A stretch of 64,000 bases of DNA, from positions 10,416,001-10,480,000 of the forward strand of contig OZ024742.1 in assembly GCA_964016885.1 (NCBI GenBank), read 5' to 3'. Positions 1 through 14,014 of the stretch are shown piece after piece. The position numbers and the translations under genes were made by a program. Within the stretch, counting starts at the first letter, position 1, and each line of letters starts with the position of its first letter. The notes under the pieces were generated by a model, which worked only from the letters and a program-made list of their open reading frames with translations, was not told where the DNA came from and made no database searches. Source of the DNA: Eledone cirrhosa (taxonomy: Eukaryota).

Positions 1-140
1 CTTCTTTATAAGAAAACAAGGTCCCATGATGACTACAAACTTTGGTAGGAAATGTATGTACATATATGCTAAATATACACATAATTTTGTTTTTGTATCT
101 TTTCTTCGTAAAAATATTAATATATATGCATGTATAAATA

Positions 141-195
<55 letters not shown>

Positions 196-198
<3 letters not shown>

Positions 199-605
199 TA
201 TCAAGAAAACGAAAAATCAGTGATGCATCTGGACTTAGTTTATTTCGTGTTACAAATGTTTCGCCGGCATGTAGCTCGAGTCATGGTCCTTGTATGGATC
301 TGGTTGATTCTACTTCTGCGGGTTCTTTAAGACACGTCTGTTATGTCCGCAGCAAATTGAGTGATAAAATTTGCTCCGGACATAACACCCGTGTCTGAAA
401 GAACCCGCAGAAGTAGAATCAGCCAGATCCATACAAGGACCATGACTCGAGCTACATGCCGGCGAAACATTTGTAACACGAAATAAACTAAGTCCAGATG
501 CATCACTGATTTTTCGTTTTCTTGATAATATCTACACTCTACTTTGATGAATATCGAGTGCTAATTTTGGCATACCGCCTACGGAAGCACCATAGCTACC
601 ACTAT

Positions 606-610
<5 letters not shown>
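196..610 (+). mobile_element. Fold-back (palindromic) PLE pLTR-like element with degenerate hammerhead and 3' tail, in a TA tract
   Basis: 196-530 is a near-perfect inverted repeat centred near 362. It is followed by a unique tail tacACTCtactttgatgaatatcGAGTgct and flanked by (TA)n. Confidence 0.7.
390..480 (+). ncRNA. Degenerate type I hammerhead ribozyme with long stem II
   Basis: cgtgt-CTGAaAGA...tgccggc-GAAAC-attt-GTA-acacg. Stem I is cgtgt/acacg and the core has a 1-nt insertion. Confidence 0.5.
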
Positions 611-645
<35 letters not shown>

Positions 646-699
646 TTATATATCTTCTGTGTCTATTAATTAGGAAAAGGTTTTAATATTTACAAGATG

Positions 700-1205
700 T
701 CAATGTTGATGATGTTTATGATGTCTAATGGTGGAGGTGGGGAGTTATACCAACATGGATATTTGTCACTGGATGTGACAGTGGTTGGCATGTGATGGTG
801 ATGGTGACAGTGGTGGTGGTAGTGTGATGGCGATGGTGACAGTGGTGGTGCGATGGTGACTGGTGGTGGAGATGGTGACATTGGCTGGTGTGATGGTGAC
901 TGGTGGTTGGTGGTGAGGGTGAGTGGTGGTGTGCAGGTTGTAATGAGGATGGATGGTGGTGGTGGTAATGAGGATGGTGGCGGTGGTGCTGGCAATGGTG
1001 GTGGTAATGAGGATGGTGGCGGTGGTGCTGGCAATGGTGGTGGTAATGAGGATGGTGGTGGTGGTGCTGGCAATGGTGGTGGTAATGAGGATGGTGGCGG
1101 TGGTGCTGGCAATGGTGGTGGTAATGAGGATGGTGGTGGTGGTGGTTGTAATGGTGGTGGTAATGAGGATGGTGGTGGTGGTGGTTGTAATGGGGATGGT
1201 GGTGG
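700..1205. repeat. GGT-rich low-complexity tract with a 39-bp minisatellite
   Basis: Unit ggtggtaatgaggatggtggcggtggtgctggcaatggt repeated about 6 times. Confidence 0.85.
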
Positions 1206-1524
1206 CCCAACAACCTTCCCAAAAAAGCAAAGCCCAGCATATTTTTCCCTTGTTAGGTGGGAAGGAAAAACATTCCAGCTGTGTTAAGATTAATTAACAG
1301 AATAAGGATTTGTGTGTGTGTGTGTGGAGGATTATGTGTGTGTGTGGAGGACTGTATCCGTGTGTGAATGTGTGGAGGATTGTGTGTGTGTGTGGAGGAC
1401 TGTGTGTGTGTGAGACAAGGAAATAATAGAGTAACATGTATGCATCAGTGTGTATGCCTTTATATATATATGTGTATTTATATGGATGCATGTATACGTA
1501 ATATATATATGTGTGTGTGTTTTG

Positions 1525-1556
<32 letters not shown>

Positions 1557-1653
1557 ATGTTTTGATATATATATATGTGTGTGTGTCTGTTTTGATATAT
1601 ATATATATATGTGTGTGTGTGTGTTTTGATAAATATATGTATATGTGTTTTGA

Positions 1654-1688
<35 letters not shown>

Positions 1689-3622
1689 GTGTGTGTGTGT
1701 GTGTTTTGATATATGTATATGTGTGTGTGTGTGTTTTGATATATATGTATATATGTATATTTGTGTTTTGATATATATGTATATGTGTGTTTTGATTATG
1801 TGTGCATGTGTGTTTTGATATATATGTATATGTGTGTGTGTGTGTTTTGATATATATGTATATATATATGTAGTGTACATGTTTCTGTAGATGCCAACTT
1901 TTCTCTGTATGAGTCTGTGTCTGGGTGTGTGTGTCTGTGTGTGGGGGGGGGATGTGTGTGTGTCTGTGTGTGGGGGGAGGGTATGTGTGTGTTAGTGTGT
2001 GTGTATGTATATGTGTGTAAGTGCAAGTGTTTTCATCAATGAGTGTGTAAATATATAAATGCACATGCAATTGTATGCAGGTGTGTTTATATATGTGTGT
2101 GTATATATGTATGATTGCACTCTCGTTCCCATATGAGGGTTATAACATGTGTGGCATGTGGACCATATGGTAAGTCTTTCCGTGTGTATGTTTGTGTGTT
2201 TGTGTATGTACATGTTTATGTGTTTGTGTATATGTGTATGTACATGTTTGTTTGTGTATGTACATGTTTGCATGGGTGTGTGTGTTTGTGTGTGTATGTG
2301 TGTATGTACATGTTTGTGTTTGTTGTTGTATGTATTTATAACTCCATTTTATCAGACATACTAAGAGTTAGTTTCTAATTATGTGACTCATGTTCAGTTA
2401 GCTGCACAGTATTCTGCAGTTATATTGCAACGCAGTGGGTGTCTAGCTCTCTAATGATATTGCAATGTTTATATTCTATTTTATATTACTTTGTTATTTT
2501 TATTATTTTTTACATTGATTAAGTTATTCTTTAATTCAATTATAGCACTGCGCAATTAATTAGTCAACAGCTTCATCATGGGCCACAAATGAGGAGAAGA
2601 GTGGTGGGCTAGAGCACATAGCCCTTTTATTTAGTACCCTACTCCCTCTTATTTAGGAGTTAACTGAATGTCAGAAATGAGTAATAAGGGTGGCCCTGTG
2701 GTTAAAGATTTTCCCTTCACAATCCTGTTTAGAGTTCAATCCGATTGTATGGCCCCATGACCAAATGTCATCTACCATTGTCTCAGGTTCACTCAAGATT
2801 TGTGAATGATATTGTCTCAACAGAAACTGTGTCTATTAGACTTATTGTGTCTGTAGCTGTATATTTGGTGGCAAATTTAAGCAGTTGCTTGGTTATGGAT
2901 CTTAGTTAATGACCAACAGAATACCATCACTAATACAAGCAGCCAAATTGGGATTCCTCTGTAGGGTCCTTGGAGTAAGATTACTTGATAGAGTGCAGCT
3001 CAGAGATCGTACAATTAAATTCACTGTAAAACCAAATTATATTTAAAAAATTTTAGACTATTTAAATTGATAATTTAAAATTTATTTTAAAATGAGATTA
3101 ATAGTCTGAAAAAACATAAAATAATATGTTGTTCTAAAACAATTTCTGGTTAAATTGTTTCATTTATTTTAACCCCCATGGCTAAGACCATGCTGGAGTA
3201 ATATTTTTAACTCTCAAGGTTAAGGTCAGGCTGGAGTAATATTTTAACCCTAAGGGTTATGGCTGACCATGCTGGAGTAATATTTTTTTCTTTGCTGTTT
3301 CTTTTTGTTTTTACTTATTTTTTTATTTTTTTTATTTCTTGTTTTTCTTCTTTCTTTTTTTTCATTAATTCAATCTTAATCATTTTTTTTTCTATTTCCA
3401 GCTGGGACAGGATCCAAAATTATACCTACATTTTCCTGAGGATATAACTACCTGTATTCGTAAACCCTACTCCTAGTGAATTGACATGTGCTGATTAATT
3501 AAATTCTTACATTTACTGAGACTGGACAGTAAATTTTTTTTCAAAATTAAAAAAATAATTTTTTTTTTTCCTTTCTCTTGTACACTGCTTGCTTGGCAGC
3601 GTGGCACCCCCCACCAACCACA

Positions 3623-3779
3623 ATGTCGAGGAACGCTGCTTTAGATCTAAACCACAACCTGCTGGTACATTTGTTGCCAGCAGTCAGGTCCTTAAGGACT
3701 ACAATTTTATTACTTTTCACAATATTTGGATTAAATGTATGGACATTAGATATTTGTGAACCTCATTTATCGTTAAAAG
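3623..3779 (+). CDS. Candidate first coding exon encoding a signal peptide or TM segment (MSRNAALD...TTILLLFTIFGLNVWTLDICEPHLSLK)
   Basis: Polypyrimidine tract and AG at 3598-3599, ATG at 3623, hydrophobic core, consensus donor AAG|gtaagc at 3779/3780 (phase 1), non-repetitive sequence. Confidence 0.45.
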
Positions 3780-3884
3780 GTAAGCAGAAATATCTTGTTT
3801 CATTTATTTTTCTTATCCTATATCATTATTTATATTCAGATTTGTTGTTTAATTTTATTTATTCTTCATCAACATCATCATTAT

Positions 3885-4490
3885 TAGGGAGTATTGGTAG
3901 AACATCAGACACCATGCTTTGCAGCATAGAGTTATAGCCCTTTACGTTCTGAGTTCAAATCCCACCATGGTTAACTTTGCCTTTCATCCTTACGGGGTCG
4001 ATAAAATAAAGTACCAGTAATAAACTGGAGTAATTGCTGGCTTTGTGCCAAAAGTAGAAACAATTATTATTGGTAATAATATTATTATTATTGATTATTG
4101 CTTTGTTGCATAGTTATGGCCCTTTACGTTCTGAGTTCAAATCCCGCCATGCTTAGCTTTACCTTTCATCCTTACGGAGTCAATGAAATGAAGAACCAGT
4201 AATGCACTGGGGTTGGTTTAATCAACTTTCCCCTCCCCCAAATTGCAGGCCTTGTGCCTATATCAGAAACCATTATTATTATTATTATTGGATTTGCAGT
4301 AATCATTGAGAGCATCTGACAACATGCTTTCTGCCATGGAGATATGTCCCTTTACATTCTGAGTTCAAATCCTACCGAGGTTCGCTTCACCTTTCATGCT
4401 TACAGGGTGGATAAAGTAAAGTAACAGTAATGTACTGGGGTCGATTTGATTGACCCCCCCCCTCCTTTTGCCTGAATCAGAAACCCTTAT
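3885..4490 (+). mobile_element. Three adjacent copies of tRNA-derived SINE family 1 (Nin-domain-like body)
   Basis: B box gagttcaaatcc and body gcctttcatccttacggggtcgataaaataaagtaccag in all three; tail gccttgtgccaaaagtagaaacaattatt. Confidence 0.75.
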
Positions 4491-4571
4491 TTGGAATCTC
4501 CAGAGCAGTGACAGAATTGTTGTGTCAAACAATGTTTTGTCGTTCTGGTTCTTTATGTTTCTGAGATCAGA

Positions 4572-6049
4572 ACATTCCATGGTCCACATTCCATGGTCCA
4601 CATTCCATGGTCCACATTCCATGGTCCACATTCCATTGGTCCACATTCCATGGTCCACATTCCATGGTCCACATTCCATGGTCCACATTCCATGGTCCAC
4701 ATTCCATGGTCCACATTCCACGGTCCACATTCCATGGTCCACATTCCATGGTCCACATTCCATGGTCCACATTCCATGGTCCACATTCCATGGTCCACAT
4801 TCCATGGTCCACATTCCATGGTCCACATTCCATTGGTCCACATTCCATGGTCCACATTCCATGGTCCACATTCCATTGGTCCACATTCCATGGTCCACAT
4901 TCCATTGGTCCACATTCCATGGTCCACATTCCACGGTCCACATTCCATGGTCCACATTCCATGGTCCACATTCCATTGGTCCACATTCCATGGTCCACAT
5001 TCCATGGTCCACATTCCATTGGTCCACATTCCATGGTCCACATTCCATTGGTCCACATTCCATGGTCCACATTCCACGGTCCACATTCCATTGGTCCACA
5101 TTCCATTGGTCCACATTCCATGGTCCACATTCCATTGGTCCACATTCCATGGTCCACATTCCATGGTCCACATTCCATGGTCCACATTCCATTGGTCCAC
5201 ATTCCATGGTCCACATTTCATGGTCCACATTCCATGGTCCACATTCCATTGGGCCACATTCCATGGTCCACATTCCATGGTCCACATTCCATTGGTCCAC
5301 ATTCCATGGTCCACATTCCATTGGTTCACATTCCATTGGTCCACATTCCATGGTCCACATTTCATGGCCCACATTCCATGGTCCACATTCCATTGGTCCA
5401 CATTCCATGGTCCACATTCCATTGGTCCACATTCCATTGGTCCACATTCCATGGTCCACATTTCATGGTCCACATTCCATGGTCCACATTCCATTGGTCC
5501 ACATTTCATGGTCCACATTCCATGGTCCACATTCCATGGTCCACATTCCATTGGTCCACATTCCATGGTCCACATTCCATTGGTCCACATTCCATGGTCC
5601 ACATTCCATGGTCCACATTCCATTGGTCCACATTCCATTGGTCCACATTCCATTGGTCCACATTCCATTGGTCCACATTCCATGGTCCACATTTCATGGT
5701 CCACATTCCATGGTCCACATTCCATTGGTCCACATTTCATGGTCCACATTCCATTGGTCCACATTTCATGGTCCACATTCCATTGGTCCACATTTCATGG
5801 TCCACATTCCATTGGTCCACATTCCATTGGTCCACATTCCATGGTCCACATTCCATGGTCCACATACCATTGGTCCACATTTCATGGTCCACATTCCATT
5901 GGTCCACATTTCATGGTCCACATTCCATTGGTCCACATTCCATTGGTCCACATTTCATGGTCCACATTCCATTGGTCCACATTTCATGGTCCACATTCCA
6001 TTGGTCCACATTCCATGGTCCACATTCCATTGGTCCACATTTCATGGTC
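4572..6049. repeat. Minisatellite, 14/15-bp unit acattccat(t)ggtcc, about 100 copies
   Basis: Direct reading; explains the six-frame repetitive ORFs. Confidence 0.95.
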
Positions 6050-7299
6050 AATTTTCATCATTTCAGGGTCAATAAAATAATGGCTTCTGGGATTTGAACT
6101 CGGAATACAATGGTCCGTAGTTTCACAATCATCACCATAACTATCATACAATAACTATTGTTTCCACCACTACTATGGTGGGACTTGAACTCACAATGTG
6201 AAGGACTGTAACTATATAGCACAAAACATGATGTCGGACGCTCTACCGATTACTGCAGCCAAATAATTGTTTCTACTTTTGGCCCATGGCCAGTAATTTG
6301 AATGGAGAAGGAAAAGTTGATTAAATCAACCCCAGTGGGTTACTGGTACATGATTTTAACAACCACGTAAGGATGAAAGGCTAACCTCAGCAGAACTTTT
6401 TCACAAAGTATGTTATCTGATGTTCTACCAATTTCTGGCGATAAATTAAAATAACAATTGGTGATACAATAAGGGGCCAAGCTGGGTTACTAAATTCTAA
6501 TTTCTTCTTCTCAAAATGTCAAATATGATATTGTGCTTTTATTTGTATGTTTTAAGGGGTTTTATCAAAATATCTAAACATTGTCAACTTCTTGTTTGTA
6601 TTTTTGTTGTTTTTGTTTTTGTTGTATTGTTATGTAATAACAAACATGTTTACATTATTTATGTCAACCCAACATCTGGAATAAATTTGGATTTCTACAA
6701 ATTCTTCTCCATTTGTCATGGAATATCTTCATTGTGGAATTATCTCTGGTAACTGACAGGAAAGGATTTTATTAGAAGTAAAAGAGAAAAAAAAAATGGC
6801 TTCTCTTCAGAATCCAAACAAAGGAATTGCCAGAGATTCTCCATTGAATCCCAACCACAATTTATATATCTTCCAATTAAAAGTGATCACTGATTAATTA
6901 CTTAATGTGTAATTGGAATTCAAAGACGTTAGTGCCAACGAAAATGGTTGTTTTGTGTTATTTTTAATATCATTTAATCAAATTAGAACATGTTTAACTT
7001 CTTCTACATCTCAATGTCAAGTTTCTCTTGAAACGGGAATTAATAGGAAAGTTTCTGTTACAAAGAAGGTTGAAACAATGAATTGAAGATATATATGTAT
7101 ATGTATGTATGTATGTATGTATATATATATGTATGTATGTGTGTGTATGTATGTATATGTATGTATGTGTGTGTGTGTATATATGTATGTGTATATGTAT
7201 GTATGTATGTATATATATATATATGTGTGTATGTATATGTATGTATATATATGTGTGTGTATGTATATGTATGTATGTATATGTATGTATATATATGTA

Positions 7300-7346
<47 letters not shown>

Positions 7347-7645
7347 ATGTATAAGTATGTATGTATATGTATATATATATATGTGTGTGTATGTGCATGT
7401 ATGTGTGTGTGTGTGCGTATGTATATGTATGTATGTGTGTGTGTATGTATATGTATGTATGTGTGTATGTATGTATACGTATGTATATATATACGTATGT
7501 ATGTATGTGTGTGTGTAATATACATATATAATATACACAGACTCGCACATATAAACACACACATATATATATATATATAATATTGAATCATCAGGAGGAA
7601 GTATATTTTTTCTCTTTGTATTGTCACAATTTAGCCATAAATATA

Positions 7646-7686
<41 letters not shown>

Positions 7687-8007
7687 ATGTATATAAATAT
7701 ATATATATAAATAAACTACCTACTTATACATATCTAAAAATGCATGCCAAATACTTATATATATACATTTACATACAGATACACCACTCACTCACACATA
7801 TACTTATACAATACTTATACACACATGGTATAATGATAAGCACACATACACATATTCCCACGCACACACATGCACACAATCACATTCACACACTCACATT
7901 CACACTCATATATATATATATATAGTTTGATTTTACATGCATTTGAGTCTGTATGTATAGATAAGAATACTTGACTTTTGCATATATATATATATATATA
8001 TATGTAT

Positions 8008-8038
<31 letters not shown>

Positions 8039-8077
8039 TATACATAGAAAAGTAGATGTTAAATGATGGGGAGGAGG

Positions 8078-8130
<53 letters not shown>

Positions 8131-8656
8131 GTGTGTATATATTTATTTGTATAACTCAACAGGAAATTCTTGAACCTTATGATAAAAGGAACTTACCTCA
8201 TCTGTCATACACACACACATAAATCCACACACACAGACATAAATCCATACACACACATAAATCCACGCACACACACATGAATCCACATACACACACATAC
8301 ATCCACATACACACACATAAATCCACACACACACACATATATTCACACACACACATAAATCCACACACACACACACACAAATGTTGCTGACATACACATA
8401 TATAAACAAATGCCATTGTTTCATGTACATTAAGATAACTTTGCCTTTCATCCTTACGGGGTCGATAAAATAAAGTACCAGTAATACACTGGGTATTTGC
8501 TGGCCTTGTACCAAAAGTAGAAACAATTGTTTCATATACATGGATACATACACACATACACCCAAAGCCACTGACACACATTATATATAGAGAGAGACAT
8601 TATATACATGTATACACTATATTTACAGTATGTATAGTGTATATATATATATATAT

Positions 8657-9835
8657 ATCATCATCATCGTTTAACGTCCATATTCCACGCTTGCATCGGT
8701 TTGGACGGGAGTTTTCCCACTTGAAGCAAGATTTGTTGTTCTACTCATATAGGACTGTCTGGCGGGTTTTCTACGACTGGATGCCCTTCCTAACACCAAC
8801 CACGTTTACAGTGTGGGGCTGGGAGGTTTTTACCGTGTTACCTACACGGCCACATTACAGCGTGGACTGTGTGTTTTTTGTCGTGACACCTACACGACCT
8901 CATTTGTTTCGGATTTGATGTTGTGGTACCAACGTAACTTTACATTGAAAGGGGTGGTGTGGATGGGGTGAGGGTAGTGGGACGGGGCGTGTATTTTGTT
9001 AGAGGTGGCTACTGACTGTAGTAGGTTTCACTTTGTACTTAGGTAAGGCGGGTCTTCTGTATTACTGTGTAGCGCCAAAGATCTCGGTCCAGTGACATTG
9101 TCTTGGAGAGGTGTAAGTGTGTGAGGTCAGAATTTATCAAGTCGTCCCAGGTTTTTCTGGGTCTGCCTACTCCGTGGCTACCGTCTATTTTTATTGCCCT
9201 GCACATTTTCATACAGCTGTCGTCTTTCATGCGCATCACGTGACCGTACCAACGTAGTCTTCTCTCGAGTAAACAACATCTGATCCCTCTTATTTCTAAT
9301 TTTTCCCTTAGTTCGTTTATGCTTTGCCGTTCACGTATATTACTATTACATATCCAGCGGAGCATACAAGCTTCGTTCCTCTCCAGTCTGTGTATATCCT
9401 CTGCACTCAATGCCCAGGTCTCCCTGCCATGTAACATTGCTGTTCGTATGCAGGCATCATACAGCCTGCCTTTCATTTTTAGAGAGAACCCTTTAGCAGC
9501 TAATAGTGGTATAAGCTCTCTGAACTTTTTCCATCCAGTTCTGACTCTAGCTACTGTACTTTCAGAGCACCCTCCCCCACTGCTGATTTTGTCACCCAGG
9601 TAACGGAAGGTGTCCACTATTTCTATAGAACCATCTGTGCAATGGAATGAGCTAGTATTCTTGGGCACTTGTTGCTACTTATTGCACCAGAGCACCGGCC
9701 ACATATAAAATCTATGTTCTTAGTTAGCTTACCTGTGATCCCACTACATCTTTTATGCACCCATACTTTGCATCTGGGACATAAAATGGAGTTTCTACCT
9801 ACTCCTTTCCTACACACTGAGCATGGCCATTTCCT
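8657..9835 (-). mobile_element. 5'-truncated RTE LINE, family A (PHD-containing), frameshifted
   Basis: ORFs 9623-9817 and 9039-9668 (FRYLG, HGRETW, RLRWYGHVMRM, GRPRKTW), SINE-like 3' UTR and (GAT)n tail. Confidence 0.9.
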
Positions 9836-10017
9836 ATAGTGTATATATATATATATACACTATATACACATACTGTAAATATAGGTATATATATATATAT
9901 ATATATACACTATATTTATATTATGTATATATAGTGTATATATATATACACTATATTTATATTATGTATATATAGTGTATATATATATACACTATATTTA
10001 CAGTATGTATATATATA

Positions 10018-10060
<43 letters not shown>

Positions 10061-10064
<4 letters not shown>

Positions 10065-10806
10065 GAGGCGGATTTTCAGGTCTTTACGAAGGTCCGACTT
10101 CCACATCGATCTCAAGCTGTGGCACGCCTCCCAGGCTTTGCTCTTCCTTTCAACCACATCATCGTCCGTATTCCCAATCTTTGCTCCCAAATACAGGAAG
10201 TCCTCAACCAATTCTAGCGGCTTCCCGCCTACATTAGTGATCCCCTCTGGCTTCTCAACATTCTCTACCAGATATTTTGTTTTAGTCTCATTCATTCTCA
10301 GCCCCACACTCATCGACACAGTCTCAACCTCCTGCATCAAATCCTCTGCCTCCTTCACTGTATTTGTCACCAAATACATTGCTGGAGTGGAGTCTGTGCT
10401 CTTGTACGGGTCTGAGACTTGGACACTGACCAAGAAACTCATTCAGATGGTGGATGGGTGCTACACAAGAATGCTGAGGATGGCTCTGAACATTAATCAG
10501 TATACACTGAGGATGAAAAACTCAGAGCTGTATAGGAGCCTCCCAAAAGTCAGCTCAAAAGTGACACAGATGAGACTGAGGTTAGCTGGACATGCTCACC
10601 GGCATCCAGAGTTGACACTGCACTCAGTGCTCCTGTGGGAGCCCCTACATGGACACACTGGAAGAGGAAGACCAAGGTTAACGTATGTTGATGCCCTAAG
10701 GACAGCCACTGGTCTGTTGGAGACGCAGGGCATGGCAGTGATAATGAGGGACAGAGACTGCTGGAGAGAACTCGTCCATGGATCTTGGGAATTTTACCCG
10801 CCATAG
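10061..10806 (+). mobile_element. RTE LINE family C with 5' inversion
   Basis: 10061-10372 on minus encodes GLRMNETKTKY...DFLYLG...LKIRLF. About 10377-10806 on plus continues IAGVESVLLYGSETW...GRGRPRLTY. Confidence 0.85.
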
Positions 10807-11185
10807 AAAAAAAAAAATATATATATATATATATACACTATATTTACAGTATATATATATAATGCATATATATACACTATATTTACAGTATATATATAAA
10901 TACATGTATATATGTGTAATTTCCTGTGTTTTAAAGTTAGCACTAATTATAAGATTAGTCATGGTGTGTCTATTGTGGATTAGTGTGTAATGTGTGGTCT
11001 TTCTTGCCACTAGTGTGTGTGTGTTATAGTGTGTGTGTGTGTGTGTGTGTGTGTTATAGTGTGTGTGCATATGTGTATCCTCTCTTGTCACTAGTGTAAG
11101 TGTATGTAAGTGTATACCAGTGAGGTGGGTATATATGTTTTTGTGTAAGGTTGTTTTTACACACACACATATATATGTGTGTGTT

Positions 11186-11216
<31 letters not shown>

Positions 11217-11234
11217 GTTTGTGTTTGTGTGTGT

Positions 11235-11314
<80 letters not shown>

Positions 11315-11996
11315 TTGTTTATAGCTCTATATATATATATGTCTGTGTGTCTGTTTTTGTCTCTCTCTATATATATGGGGTGGGGTGATATATGCATGTG
11401 AGAGAGAGCGTGAAAGTATGTGTGTGAGGTTATGTGTGTGTGTGTGTGAGGTTATATGTATGTGTCTGTATAAATTATGTGATATGTGTGTGAGAGAGTG
11501 TGAAAGTATGTGTGTGAGGTTATGTGTATGTATGTGTGTGAGGTTATGTATGTATGTGTGTGAGGTTATGTGTATGTGTGTGTATAAATTGAGTGTGTGA
11601 AAGTATGTGAGGTTGTCTGTGTCTGTATATATGTGTGTGTGTCTGAATTATGTGTGATATGTATGTGTGAGAGTGTGTGAAAGTATGTGTATGTATGTGT
11701 ATAAATTATGTGATGTTATGTGTGTGCGTGTGTATCTGTCTACATTATGTGTGGTTATGTGTGTGTGTGTCTATAAATTATGTGTGTATGTTATGTGTGT
11801 GAGAGTGTGAAACTGTGTGAATGTATTAGTCACTTTTTTAGTTTCCTTCTTCAATTGCTTGCTATTTATAACTTTTCCTACTTATATATACATATATAAA
11901 CACATGCATACTTATATACATACATATGTGTGTGTGTATATATATATATATATATACACACACACATATAAACACATGCATACTTATATACATACA

Positions 11997-12038
<42 letters not shown>

Positions 12039-12076
12039 AACACATGCATACTTATATACATACATATGTGTCTATA

Positions 12077-12107
<31 letters not shown>

Positions 12108-12404
12108 GCGTATATTACACATACACACACACCAGGGGCTGCTGTAAAATTTGGTAAATGGGTTAAGCCAAAAACGTTTCATCATCCCTTGCATGTGTGT
12201 GTGTGTGGGGGTGTATATATGTGTTATGTATGGCAAGGTATAAATATATATATATATATGTGTGTGTGTGTATGTGTGTGTGTGTGTGTGTATGTGTGAT
12301 CAAAGATATAAGCACTAAGTTGACAGAGAAAGAAATCAGAAGAGAGTCCCTTTGTCTTCTATGGTAGAAATGTGACAGCCATTCTGTTATGTAAATTGGT
12401 AACA

Positions 12405-12590
12405 TGGTTCTGAGGTTCTTTGGGGTTCCTGAGTTTCCCTAAGGTTCCCTGAGTTTCCCTAAGGTTCCCTGAGTTTCCCTAAGGTTCCCTGAGTTTTTCT
12501 AAGGTTCTCTGAGGTTCTCTGGGGTTCTCTGAGGTTCTCTGGGGTTCTCTGAGGTTCTCCGAGGTTCTCTGGGGTTCTATGGGGTCCCTG
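12405..12590. repeat. 10/20-bp minisatellite
   Basis: gagtttccctaaggttccct and gaggttctctggggttctct units. Confidence 0.8.
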
Positions 12591-12799
12591 TCTCTTTTTG
12601 AGTTTTCCTTGTTTTTTCTCCTCCATCTTACTATTAAATTTGTTATTAATGTAAAACATGGGAAGCTCATGCAGAGGGAAGCTGTAAAATAGTTTTATGG
12701 TTTAAAGTCCTTAGCTTGTGTCTGAGGGACATAGGGTTCCATTCCTTATAGCAGCTGATGGCAACTTTTTTTAAGGGTCTTCACCCTATTTTATAAGCT

Positions 12800-13790
12800 A
12801 TTACATAATATCTCACACATAAGGACCTCGTCTGTTATATTAACTCTATATTCTCTGATATTATATAATATCTCACACATAAGGACCTTGTATCTTATAT
12901 TAACTCTATATTCTCTGATATATAATATCTCACACATAAGGACCTTGTATCTTATATTAACTCTATATTCTCTGATATATAATATCTCACACATAAGGAC
13001 CTTGTATCTTATAATAACTCTATATTCTCTGATATTATATAATATCTCACACATAAGGACCTCGTCTGTTATATTAACTCTATATTCTCTGATATTATAT
13101 AATATCTCACACATAAGGACCTTGTATCTTATATTAACTCTATATTCTCTGATATTATATAATATCTCACACATAAGGACCTCGTCTGTTATATTAACTC
13201 TATATTCTCTGATATTATATATCTCACACATAAGGACCTCGTCTGTTATATTAACTCTATATTCTCTGATATATAATATCTCACACTTAAGGACCTTGTA
13301 TCTTATATTAACTCTATATTCTCTGATATATAATATCTCACACATAAGGACCTTGTATCTTATATTAACTCTATATTCTCTGATATATAATATCTCACAC
13401 ATAAGGACCTTGTATCTTATATTAACTCTATATTCTCTGATATTATATAATATCTCACACATTAGGACCTTGTATCTTATATTAACTCTATATTCTCTGA
13501 TATTATATAATATCTCACACATAAGGGCCTTGTATCTTATATTAACTCTATATTCTCTGATATTATATAATATCTCACACATAAGGACCTTGTATCTTAT
13601 ATTAACTCTATATTCTCTGATATTATATAATATCTCACACATAAGGACCTCGTCTGTTATATTAACTCTATATTTTCTATGATATAATATCTCAGACATA
13701 AGGACCTCGTCTGTTATATTAACTCTATATTCTCTGATATTACATAATATCTCACACATAAGGACCTTGTATCTTATATTAACTCTATAT
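12800..13790. repeat. 57-60-bp minisatellite, about 17 copies
   Basis: Unit aatatctcacacataaggaccttgtatcttatattaactctatattctctgatattatat. Confidence 0.95.
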
Positions 13791-14014
13791 TATCTGCTAC
13801 TCAAAGTCTGATCTCTCAGCTACATATGTTGTTTATTGTTTATATTGTTATCTTATATTGATTAGGGAGGTGGGGTAATGGTAGATATAGAGTATTGATT
13901 AGGGAGGGTGGGGTAATGGTAGGTGTATAGTATTGATTAGGGAGGGTGGGGTAGAAATATAGTATTGTTCTATTAACATATTTGATCTGATTAACAAAAC
14001 CAATTTCCAATTAA

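Noticed and set aside
690-1297. Gly-, Pro- or His-rich ORFs
   Set aside because: GGT microsatellite and 39-bp minisatellite with no splice or domain support
3402-3476. Possible terminal exon LGQDPKLYLHFPEDITTCIRKPYS*
   Set aside because: Good acceptor but no recognisable homology; it could equally be 5' UTR of the 3623 exon
4365-6097. ORFs of 400-540 aa on both strands
   Set aside because: Product of a 14/15-bp tandem repeat
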